Part shown: piece by piece, positions 52,489 to 64,000 of the stretch
How positions within the stretch are numbered: position 1 is the stretch's first letter
Layout: each line of letters begins with the position of its first letter
NCBI GenBank assembly: GCA_964016885.1
Contig: OZ024743.1
Coordinates: 177,754,001 to 177,818,000, forward strand
DNA: 64,000 nt
Direction of reading: 5' to 3'
Source of the DNA: Eledone cirrhosa
Lineage: Eukaryota
The notes under the pieces: model-generated
What the model saw: the letters and a program-made list of their open reading frames with translations, nothing else
Database searches by the model: none
What the model was told of the DNA's origin: nothing
Program-made: the position numbers and the translations under genes

Positions 52489-52545
52489 ATAATCTTTTAC
52501 CTCGACGGCAGAGCTCAAGCCGTTTCGACGGCGATTTCTGGACTC
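52115..52545. mobile_element. Cluster of short (TA)n-separated units carrying the 3' half of a hammerhead; palindrome at 52278-52405
   Basis: GAAAC-GGC-UUGAGCUCA-GCU-GUC at 52363-52385 plus its mirror copy. Related minus-strand copies at 52126-52170 and 52495-52545. Confidence 0.7.
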
Positions 52546-52989
52546 ATATATATATGCGCGTCTCTGCGTTAGAGTGTATGTTTATATTTTTTTCTTTCTC
52601 TGGTATTCAATTTTTTATGCTGCCCTATCTTTTCTTTCAGATCAATCTGCCTCAAACATCACACGCCAAAAATGTACAATTCTATAAACCAAACAAAGAC
52701 TTCTGTTGTAGTAAAAAAGCTACATGTATTTACTAGCATTACAGCAATAATTTGCCATACCAAACAAATACGTTTACACCTCTACGGCATCTTTATTAAT
52801 GAACAACAAACAACTGTAATTTTCTATCTCTACAAATACTATACATGTCAATATCTGATTATTTGTGATAGTGACCACACATAATATAATCGAATGTTTT
52901 TACCCCAAATGTAGCTTTAACTCACCAAAAGCCAATAACTACTTCAACTCCATATAGCTCCTTACTCTTTGTATATAGGGTCCTATTAT

Positions 52990-55900
52990 TCCCGGGGAAG
53001 ACGTAGGGACACCGCATTGGCATACGGCGTGTCTGGGGCATATTACAACCTACTGGGGCCCACTACTCTGCAGGTCTGAATACAGCAGATTTCTTCCAGA
53101 GAAGGATATAGATTGAGACACGAAAAGTGGAACGTGGCAGCCAAGCATAGGTCGAGGCTGCTTTGGAGTACATCGGAAGTAACATAGAGTATAAAGCAAG
53201 AGGCAAACAGTTCGGTACCATCTCGGTACTGTTCAAAACCGAGACCCTCGCTATTAAGCATTCGGTGACCCTCTGCAGAACGGAACGCATTATCATGCAT
53301 CCGTCCTACATGGGTAAAAGGACAGTAAAGGTCCGCATTCCCAGCATCCCACCAGGAATGAACATATGGTGGCTGCTGGGATGCGTTATCGAGGAGGGGA
53401 CAGACACTACCCTCCTGGATATAAAAAAGGACAGAGAGAGAGGACTGGTCCGGAATGGATTTGGAGATTCTTCTCCAAATGAAACCGGAGGACATGAACA
53501 ACATCCCGGATTTTGCCCGCCTGCAGGACGGGACAACAATCCAACTAATCATTGACGGATGAAGGCCACGCTGCTTCGTCCGCGGGGAAGCAACGCATCT
53601 GCAAGCCTTCTACCTTCTGCGCAAAAAATGCAGAGGGTCGCAAACCTCCTTTGTTGTCAACGCCAGTGTCAGCACGGAAAGCTGCACCACCACCACCACC
53701 AAAAGCAAGACCAACAAAGACACGGACACCAACATCAAAAACAGCCGGATCATCACCAACACTAAAACCAATCCAAGGGGAAAGCGAGGAAAGCTCTCCC
53801 ACTCCCCCTACCCCTCCCAATTATACACATAGACTAAACAATAAACGCACACACAGACACAGAGACACTTTGTCACAGACCCTTTGTCTTCCAGCAGCGA
53901 AAATGAAGGAAAACCCAAAAGTGCAAAAAAACAGAGAAAACTCACCAAAAAAAGCCCCAGCAAAACACAAAAACATACACAACAAAAAAGACAGACACCA
54001 CTAACGCAAACTCTTCCCCAATAACATCAGCACCAACAGCAACATCGACACCACCCCCACAATCCCCGAAACACAAACAACCTAAACAAACACAAGTACA
54101 AATAAACACACAAATACCTGAAATTGCAGACACAACACCTACAACAAACACAGACATACCCGAAACAACACCACCAAAACCATCACCACCACAGTCACCA
54201 AAACGTAAACAAATAAAACCACACGAACAAAATGTTAAAAACTTCGTGCTTGTCAGAAGGGCCAACGATAAACTGATGGCCCTCTTGGCACGAAGCGAGG
54301 CCATTCAAACAGGGGGGGGGGGGGGAATTGTTGAAATGAGCACATTTTGCGTGCCAGAAGATTTGCTTCTGGTCCGAATGTCACTCAATTCCTTCAAAGA
54401 AATTCGAGAGAGCTTTCCTCAAGACGTGGGAACCCCGAATGTGAAACCCACATCGAGACTTTTAAAGGGGTTCCCAAAAGAAACCCCACCAACCATGGAG
54501 GTCGAACCACCCGACCTTCACAAGACCCCGGGAGGTAAGTAAACCTTCCCTCTCTCTCTTAGCTTACCAACATGGCCATATTAAGAGTAGGAAGCTTAAA
54601 TGTTCGCAGCATGGGGTCACCCTGGAAGCAGGGTCGCCTGCTCAACGAACTCAGGTCGCTGAAAATGGATGTGATTGCCGTCAGCGAGACCAGAATTTCC
54701 AACACGCGCGCACTAGCCCCCATTTTCGACGACTATCAGATCTTCGCATCTGTTAGCAGGCCGGGAATGGGGGGTGGGGTGGCAGTGTTGTTTAGGAAAG
54801 GACTGATTTCGAGGTAAGGTCGATCTTCCGGGACCCGGACGGTAAGTTGGTGGTCTTGGATGTGATCAGTAGCGAAGGTGGTGCCTTTTAGACTGCTGGC
54901 CGTCTAGACCCCTACAGGGGCCGGACAACCGGACTTCTTTAGGCGCCTGGAGACCTTTCGGGGTACGTCTCGCCCTTTACTGTTAGCGGGGAACTGGAAT
55001 GGCATCTTAGACGCACGCTGGGATTATGTGGGTGTAGCCGATAGGAGCGGGTGTGCTAAAGCCTCATGTACCTACTCAGCCAGCTCCAACTGTCTGACAG
55101 GTATCGTCTAGATTTCCCCAATGTGCCAGTATGGACATAGACCAACCGAATGGGGTCATCTAGATCGTATATAGACGGGATCTTCATTAGGAAAATAGAT
55201 AGAAATAGTGTGGGCTGCCCACTTTTTAAAACGGTCGTCTATTCAGATCACAAATTTGTAATCTGTACGGTCGACCTAGATAAGACGTGTAGGTTAGGAC
55301 CGGGTTACTGGAAGCTGAACATGTCATTTCCGGCACGTAAGGCTTACAGGGACCGAGTCAACAATTTAGTTAAGCAAAAGTTAACAGGGGGGATCATCAA
55401 CAACAGATGGTGGGGGGTTCTCAAAAGAGAGATTAGAGTAACTTCGATAGAGTTCAACAAATAACTAGCGTTAGAGAAAAATAGAAAGGAGGGGGAGTTG
55501 GTAGATAAGTTCGACGAGGCTATTTGTAGTGGCATTGCAACTGACGTGCTAGCGGCGAGAATGGCATTAGAACATTTCTTCAATGCGAAACACGAAGGTT
55601 GCATTGTCAGAGCTAAGGCGCGTGCGCTGAGAAACGAGGGAACCAAAGCTGTTCGATGTGCCCGCGTGGCGGAGGCGCAGCGTGGTAATAAAACCACAAT
55701 TCGGTCTTTGGCGAATCGAGACAGACACGAGATTGCCGCAACTCTCGACGGTCGACGCTGAGCGCTGCGAAAGGCCGATTACTTCAGCCGAAATTCAGGA
55801 CGCCCTTGTCGGCTGCATGAGGCGCAAGTCACCCAGTTTGGATGGCCTGCCCTACGAGCTTTACGTAAACATGCCAGACTTGTTCTCCGATCTCTTCGAA

Positions 55901-58120
55901 GCACTCTACTGCAACTGGCAGCAGAATGGGAGTATTCCCAGTTCTGTGAGCAGGGGAGTGGTGACACTGATAAGGAAAGACGAGAACAAGAGGGATACAT
56001 TAGACAACGTCAGGCCCATAACTCTACTCAACACAGAGTTTAAGATTTTGGCCAAGGTGTTAGCAAAGAGATTGGCGCTTGCCGTCGAGGATTTGGTTGG
56101 GGAGGCGCAAACTTGCGCAATCCCAGCCAGGTCCATACATGACAATCTCCATCTCATGCGATACATCACAGAGAGGGTAGGGTGTAAACCTGGCTTCGGT
56201 GGCGCACTGATCAATTTAGATCAATCGAAAGCATTCGATAGGGTCGACCATCGGTATCTGGAGTTTGTCCTCAAAGCAGCTGGCTTCGGCCCTGTCTTCA
56301 GAAGATGGATCGCTGCAATGCACAGCGGCACACACTCGGTGGTCAAGATTAATGGCCACCTCTCGGAACCATTTCGGCTCTCCCGATCAGTCCGTCAAGG
56401 GTGCCCTCTCTCTTCCTTTATGTACGTATTGACTTTCGAGCCTTTACTGCGGAAGCTGGAGCTGTTGCAGGGCTTCCCGCTCGAACCGGGACGTGGAAAG
56501 GCGGTGTCGGCTTATGCGGACGACATGACCGTGATGGTGTCGAACACCTCAGAAATCGAGGTGGTCGGCACCTTATTGAAGAAATATGAAAGGTTGACAG
56601 GAGCCAAACTTAACCCGGAAAAGTCAGTAAGCTTGCAGCACGGAACCTGGAGAGGCAAGCCCATGAGTCCAACAGCGTCGTGGGGCGCTGGACGGACGGG
56701 CCGGTAAAGTTGTTCGGTGTTTGGTTTGGACCAGACCTCCAGGTGGAAAAGAATTGGGACGAGGTAACGAGCAGAGTAGCCAGTCTCACCCAAAAATGGG
56801 CTGGGAGGAAGCTATCACCGAAAGGTTGCGCGGAGGTGGCGAATGCGTACATCGCGTCCGTCATCTACTACCGCCTGACCGTCGTGCATTGCCCTCGTCC
56901 GCGCCTCGTCAAGTTGGAACGGCTCCTCTTCAAATTCTTGTGGAGGTGACAAGTTCCGTTGGTGAAGCGGTCCATCTGCTGCCAGCACCCTCTACGCGTA
57001 GGGCTGGGCATGCCGTGGCTAATGATGCGCAGACATGCGTTGAGGCTGCAACATCTCCAGATATTCTGCCTCAACGGTGAACAGGTGTGGTCGCCGTTTA
57101 TCAGACGGGCCTTTCCGCAGCTCATTTCTTTGACTGAGCAGCACTCCTGAGTCAAGAAGAGACCGAGACTGGGTAACTGGCACCTGGCCCTCTACCAAGC
57201 GAGCAATGCGATCAGTGGAACTTCCACTCTCGATTTCTATAGAGGATTAGTGGTGGGCAAGTGCGATGACGCACTCGGAGAAGCTTTGGGCCTCGACGAA
57301 ATCGAACTGACCAGTCTGTACTGGATGACTTTCGAGCCGGGGACGATGGACAATTTCCAGAAATCCCTTGCTTGGCAGTGCTACCGAGGGGCACTGCCGG
57401 TTCGGGATAAACTCTACAGACACGGAAGTGTTGTCAGACGGACCTGCCCAAGATGCGCACAGAACGACGAAACTGTTCTGCACGCACTTGTCCAATGTCC
57501 GTGCATTCCTGACTTGTGGAGTTATGTCGAACAGCTACTGTCGCGTGTGGAACGAATCCGACTATCGGCCGAGTCCATAGTGGAGATCGACACGCCGCCT
57601 TCCTTAGGTCAGAAGAGCAGGAAGTTTTCCTGTCTAGTGGCAGTTGCGAAAGAGGTTAAAAGGACTGAAGACAGACACTTTTCTCTTAAGCCAATCCCTC
57701 ATCAACTTCTTCAAGTTTCACGTGGAAAGGAAGGTGAGAGTGGAGAGAGAAGTGCTGACCCCCCCCCCCCCAGTACATTTGCTAAAAGGTGGATTAATGT
57801 GGCGGGAATGGCTCGTGTGAATGGGCCTACTCTGACCATGCGCCTATAGGCTAGCTAACTTGAAGAGAGGAGTGCTCTCCCTTGGTGCCCTAGAAGCGCA
57901 GGGTGGTTCAGGATTGGTGGTGTACTTGAGTCACCCCAGGGTCGTCCACCCCCTATCGGGGAATTTATTGTTTTATTTATGCATAGTTTATTTTATATTT
58001 TTATATCTTCATTGTCAAATTAGTCTTGCCATTGTGCACTTTTACTCGACCTTATTGTAAACCCCCACTGTCCCTGTCTTTGTATTGTCCCCTACATCTC
58101 GGCCCTTGTGGCTAATAAAT
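52990..58120 (+). mobile_element. L1/Tx1-clade LINE, near full length and decayed
   Basis: ORF1 remnants at ~53020-54540 include a degenerate zinc knuckle near 53568-53612. ORF2 starts at 54572. AATAAA at ~58114. Confidence 0.85.
54572..57849 (+). pseudogene. L1/Tx1 ORF2 (APE, RT, zinc finger), frameshifted
   Basis: GSLNVRS, VSET, YSDHKFV, GPGYWKLN, RPITLLNTEFKILAK, LDQSKAFDRVDH, VRQGCPLS, AYADD and CPRC...ETVLHALVQC. Confidence 0.92.
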
Positions 58121-58791
58121 GTAATCGTTATTTTGAGATTTTGTTTGTTTGTTTTTTTTTTGTTTTGTTTTTTCCTTTTTTCTTATTGTTTGATGCAGCT
58201 GTTGTTGTTGTAAATGTTCATTTCAATTCATTCTGAAGCTGTTGTTGCTGTAAACATTAGTGCCGGTGTTGTTGTTGTAGATGTTGGGGTTGAAATCTGG
58301 TCGTTTGACTGAGTGATGTACATACACACATATACATACATATATATATATATATATACACACACATTCAACACAGAGTAGAGAGTTTGACAACAGGTCG
58401 ATGACTTTAGTCTTGATAGGGTAATGACATGTGTAAATATAAATGTAATGGTGGGGAGAGAGTGTAGACGTTATTGTGGTGGTAGGGGTGGGGGCAGTGT
58501 GATGTATCTAGTTCATTTGTCCGTTTTCTTCTCTTTTGCAAAATTTGAATTTTGTAAGTAAATGTAAAATGTAAAATATAAATAAGGATTGCTCTGGTAA
58601 AATATACGAAAATATTTGTGTAACTTCCACAAACTTCTGTCGTGACATTCCCGAGTCCAGTGACCAAAAAATTGTTGTATTTTGATGTTTCACAATACAA
58701 AAATTAATTAAAAACTTACCCCAGAAAAGACAGCGTGTGTTGACCTATCTATAAGCTCCCTTATACATACATACATACATACATACATACA

Positions 58792-58820
<29 letters not shown>

Positions 58821-58822
<2 letters not shown>

Positions 58823-61198
58823 GGTTGACATTAGCACAAACATTACTGGTCCACAAGAACAAAGACCCCCACTTGGCAAAAAACTACCGACCCATTGCAT
58901 GCCAGAACCTGATGTATAAGATGTATAAGATGTATACGGCCTGCCTGTACCTATTCCTCCAAGATCACTGTGAAAATAATAACATCATCACAGATGAACA
59001 AGCAGCTGGAAAGAAAGGGGTTTGGGGATGTGCTGAACAACTCCTAATCAACAAAACTGTGATGTCGGAGGTGCGACAACTTAGGAGGAATATGGCTACA
59101 GTCTGGCTGGACTACAGGAAAGCTTTCGATTCTGTTCCCCACACTTGGATGATAGAGGCCCTCCAACTTGCTAAAGTCCCAGACATTATTGTCAGAGCCT
59201 TAGAGAGGCTGTCTTCTTCTTGGGCTACTATCCTAAGGTTAAAGACAGAGAGGGAGGTCTCTATTTTCACTGATAAAATAAAATATTGCAAGGGTATATT
59301 TCAGGGGGACAGTCTCTCTGTGATATTATTCATCTTGTCATTAAACCCCTTGTCCTTTCTGCTCAAGAAATGTAAGGGATATATCATTGGCTCACACGAG
59401 GACAGAAATACGAACCTAACCCATAATTTCTATGTGGACGATCTGAAGCTCTATGCCAAGAACATGGATGGGATGAAGAAAAATTTTGACCTGGTTACAA
59501 CGTTCTCAAATGATATAGGAATGAGGTTTGGCCAAGATAAATGCTCATACATGATTGTAAAGCGGGGAAAAACAACAACCCAATCTAGCAACATTGACAT
59601 CAATGGCCTAACTGTTTCACCGATATCTGATGAGGACTGCTACAGATACCTGGGGATAGATGAGAACATATCCTATAATGGTATCTGTAATAAAGAACGC
59701 GTAACCAGGGAATACTATACCCGATTAAGAAAGATCTGGTCATCGGAACTCTCTGGGCAAAACAAAACAGTGGCTCACAATGTATTTGCTGTGCCTGTCC
59801 TAACATCAACATTTGGAACACTCAATTTGACGATAGACAAAATCTGAGCAGTTGATGGAACTCGAAAAATACTAAACAACACCGGAAACTTGCACATCAA
59901 CAGTGACATAGACCGCCTTTACTTGAAACGTAAGCAGGGAGGCAGAGGCCTAACATCAGTCCAGACAACATTTGAATGTCGCATCATATGTCTCCGACAA
60001 CATCTACGAATCTCGAAGCGTAGGAGCCCGTTTCTCGAGCAAGTCTATCTGCATGAAACAGATAAGATCATGATAGTTGGGAAGGAACTCCTTGAGAGAT
60101 ACTCCCTGTGTGATAATCAAAAACTCACACCCAGGGAAGTCGCTCAGCAGTATCGCAGTGAATCCATGGATGAAAAACTGCATGCTTATCAGCAAAAAAT
60201 CCTGCATGGATATGTTGCCAGGAAGCTCCAGAGTGAGAGTAATATAGATAAGGAAAGTAGTCTATCTTGGACCAACAACCGCTATATTGGGTCCAACTTT
60301 GAAGGATACGCTTTTGCAATCCAAGAACAGGAGATTAACATGAAATACTTGATTCACAAAATAGATAGGGATGCAGGCAAAACACCTAGATGTGATAACA
60401 AGTGCAGACTCTGCAGAACTAACATCGAGGATATCACTCATGTCATCAGCAGCTGTCCAAAGATGTCATCGCGGTACTATCTACCTATGAGGCATGATGT
60501 AGTGGCCAAAACATTGTACAATGCAATTCGTAAAAAAGATAGCCCCGATAATAAACACATTAAAAGCTACAGCAATGTGGAAGACATCCATGTACATAAT
60601 ATGAAAGAGTACTGGTGAAAAGTTCCAGCAAAAACCCCAATAAATTGCAGGCATAACAGACCAGATATTATGATATGGGACAGGGAGAAGAAAGCATGCA
60701 CAGTAGTGGAAATTAGCTGCCCAGCAGTGCCAATATAATATCAAAGATTAGTGAAAAGGAGAATATTTAATCAGAACTGATGAGAAATCTGCAGATACGT
60801 TATGCCTGTGATTATTGGGGCACTGGGGTATGTTAGTAACTGCCTCAATACAAATCTTGAGAAGCTAGGCTTCACAGGAACAGAAAGAACACAACTAGTT
60901 AGGAAATTACAAATACAATCCATTAATGGAACAGTAAAAATATGTAAAACATTCCAAAAATGTTGCATCTAATAACTGCATATACACATGGACAGATACA
61001 AAACATATACACATGCACACATACAACTCAAAACATACACATCCACAGATACAATAACATCCATATCTACACATGCATGCATACATAATCTACCTAGTTG
61101 ACGTTGTGTAAATTCCAATGAGAGAGTCTTGTGTCTATGTTACAAACCGACCCTCTCATTATTGGGAAAACATTTGTAAAATTATAAAACCAGAAGAA
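58821..61198 (+). mobile_element. 5'-truncated R4-clade RT-RLE LINE in (TACA)n, decayed
   Basis: NYRPIAC, LDYRKAFDSVPH, GIFQGDSLS, FYVDD, CRLC...HVISSC, RHD and HNRPDIMIWD. Stops at 59847 and 60618. Flanked by (CATA)n. Confidence 0.9.
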
Positions 61199-61228
61199 CA
61201 TACATACATACATACATACATACATACA

Positions 61229-61771
61229 AGTTGGCTGCCAACTGGTTTTCGAGTACGGCCACTACTTTATATCCATGTAGGAGAACCCCTACCGATAAGC
61301 TGAACGAGTGTGACTTTTTAGTCCAGCCAGCGACGTGAAAACTCTGGTACAAAACACTACACTTGTGACAATTATTGGCACATAGTGCTGGGCCCATGGT
61401 ACCATGTGACGACAAGTGCAGAGAGATCTCCAGATATAAAGCAATTCCTGTGCCGTGAAGCTTTTATAGTGAGCAAAGGCACAAAGCCAGTCCCACTCTC
61501 TTGACCAAGATGATATTTACCAAAAAGTACAAGTCAACATCGTTGGATATCATCAGGGTTTCAGGTGTTATATCAGAGTTTTCCTTCTCCTAGAATTCTG
61601 CCCTGACTAAGGCTAAGGGGTCATCTCTCCAGGTGATTTTGGATGGCCATTGACTCTTAAGAGCTCCTTTGCCCTTTGACAGGTTTTGTTTTTAGTCCTG
61701 CAGGATGTCCAGTCACCCTCCTCACCAAGAAACCTTGGTGGGTTTTGCCAGTTTAGTCAACAACGACCCGA
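61229..61771 (-). mobile_element. Bipartite (internally deleted) RTE-derived element with (TGTA)n tail
   Basis: The minus-strand 5' part has CTAGGAGAAGGAAAACTCTGA (RTE 5'UTR-type motif). The 3' part encodes a CSVxTRVFxSLAGLKSHTR-type finger remnant, then CTCGAAAAC.AG and the tail. Confidence 0.65.
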
Positions 61772-61890
61772 CATACATACATACATACATACATACATAC
61801 ATACATACATACATACATACATACATACATTAGATACATACATACATACATACATACATACATACATACATACATACATACATACATACA

Positions 61891-62134
61891 TGGTGGCTGC
61901 CAACTCGTTTTCGAGTACGGCCACTACTTTATATCTATGTAGGAGAACCCCTACCGATTCGCTGAACGAGTGTGACTTTTTAGTCCAGCCAGCGACTTGA
62001 AAACTCTGGTACAAACACTACACTTGCGACAATTATTGACACATAGTGCTGGGCCCATGGTACCATGTGACGACAAGTGCAGAGAGATCTCCAGATATAA
62101 AGCAATGCCTGTGCCGTGAAGCTTTTATAGTGAA
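61891..62134 (-). mobile_element. Second copy of the RTE-derived 3' part
   Basis: Direct repeat of 61229-61472. Reads CSVCTRVFKSLAGLKSHTR on the minus strand. Confidence 0.75.
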
Positions 62135-62179
62135 CATACATACATACATACATACATACATACATACATACATACATAC

Positions 62180-62573
62180 TCAGCTGCCCACTTGATGTAA
62201 ACGTTGTCAGAAAAATACCGGAGAAGGAGGACATCTACGGACCATTGGTGAGGAGTTTACAAATCCAGTATCCAAGATACACCTTTAGCTTCATACCCAT
62301 CATTATTGGAGCTACGGGTTATATACCAACCCGCTTGGACCAAAGTATGACTGAACTTGGATTTGCGGACAAAGAGCGCAGCTCCCTAATTCATAGTCTA
62401 CAAATGGCTGCGATAGCTGGCACCTTCAAAATTTGCAAAATATTCTTGCGATTCAAGTGATGACAATTTCTTTTCTTTTACAACCTTGCCACCAGGAAGG
62501 TGGCCGGTCAAAAAATATACTCGAAATTAAGAGAAAGAGATAACATATTCGTTGCTACTTCTTATCACAAGAG
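62180..62573 (+). mobile_element. 3' fragment of an R4-clade RLE LINE
   Basis: SCPLDVNV...EKEDIYGPLVRSLQIQYP...IPIIIGATG...ICKIFLRF, parallel to the 60710-60960 region. Confidence 0.75.
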
Positions 62574-64000
62574 TATGTATGTATGTATGTATGTATGTAT
62601 GTATGTATGTATGTATGTATGTTTGTATGTATGTATGTATGTATCCCTTCATTGAATATTTCACGATCATGTGCACGCAGGTGACTTTTCAGACCAGCTT
62701 TTGTTTTGCAAGTGATACGTCAACTAACTGTGTCTTGGCGATACCGGCTCGGGTGTATCGTCATGCATTCTACGATCTCTGCTCAGTCCACTAGGTGACT
62801 TGAAAATTAAGCCACACTCATTGCAAATGTACTACATACATGCATCACGTGACCCCCCCCCCCCCTCCCATGCATATGAGAGTCATTAAGAAGTACAAAT
62901 GACAGCATCACATTTAATATTAAAATATTTACTGTAATACCTCAAATATGTTCAGCACATTCAATAGTAAAGTTATTATAAATATCTGAATAAACAAACA
63001 TATTTTTAAAAAAATATATTCTGCTAAATCCTTATATGATGTTAAGCGTTAACTTTAAGGAAACATCACCATTTGACAAATTTTCTTTCTTTCTTAATAT
63101 ATATTTTTTCCATTTATAATTTTCTCTTCGTTTTTATTTCCAACAGAGTACTGAGAGGAAACATTTCCATCAATGATTACCACATCAATTAAGTAGAAGC
63201 ATTTTCACTTGTCTCTTCAACAGTCGCAACAATGATGTTGATAAAAACGTTTGTCTAATCACCTGTAAATCCTATTCTTTCTAACATTGCAAGTTAAAAT
63301 GGTAATTGCATCGCTTGCAGTCAGATATCATCGCACCACATGCCAGGTGGTTTTTCAGCCTCTAAGATGCGGTTTGCATTGAAGGTAATTGCAGCGTTAG
63401 TTTCTCCCCATACTATATGTGATCCAAGGCGTACAGGATACAGGCTCCGGTCCGGGCATTTGCCATTGGGGCAATCAGATTTGGTGGGCTCCAAGATCAC
63501 TGAGTAACTTGCAGAGGGTAGAGATCATTTAGATATATTTTCATACGTTCATATACCGGGCCATCTCCTGCTATTAAAATGACATGATAACACATGATAT
63601 CCTTTCGGATCGATTTTTGACCGCAAATAGAACATAATTTTGGGCACACGTCCTAGCCAACATGAAAAACCATATGTTAGACAGAAGAGTTGTCCACTCC
63701 CAAAGCAATGCGGAACAAAAACGAGCAATTTAGCCTGGTACCACCTCATAGTGTTTACGTACAGCGACCAAACATGCGAGATCTTTTTTATTAATTCCGT
63801 TGCTTCATTTTCCCCATCGGTATGATTTCAATAATTATTGCAACCAATATACTTTTAATATCCATCTCGCTCAATCTGTGCTTTGAAATATTTTTTTTAA
63901 CATTTTTTTTAATGATCTTCTCAAATATCGAATATATTAATTATTGTTGTCCATATTTCAATTTGGTTTAAGTTTGACGTCATATCAATGCATTGAGTAT

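Noticed and set aside
62850-64000. Possible decayed DNA-transposase or host exon sequence
   Set aside because: No recognisable motif or sustained reading frame in manual translation.

Overview
AT-rich eukaryotic DNA made almost entirely of repeats, with no recognisable host protein-coding gene. The (TA)n load and SINE types suggest an invertebrate, probably an octopod cephalopod (inference). Coding elements: three degraded Penelope-like elements (PLEs; RT plus C-terminal GIY-YIG), one apparently intact 1130-aa R4/Dong-type RT-RLE LINE in (TAA)n, a decayed R4-type LINE in (TACA)n, a decayed L1/Tx1 LINE, RTE and RNase H LINE fragments, and a decayed RepHel Helitron. Non-coding elements: chains of non-autonomous Helitrons, a hAT MITE, a foldback MITE, more than 15 tRNA-derived SINE copies, and minisatellites. 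The most notable hidden layer is about 15 hammerhead-ribozyme (HHR) motifs from several unrelated sequence families, read by eye. Many sit in short non-coding palindromic/foldback units (0.15-0.55 kb) inside (TA)n tracts, often with one HHR on each strand, and one family matches the terminal repeat of a coding PLE in the same window. A tRNA-like Pol III unit has the same tandem-plus-inverted geometry, and a ~1 kb inverted duplication brackets the PLE nest. All folds and alignments were done by eye and need computational confirmation.
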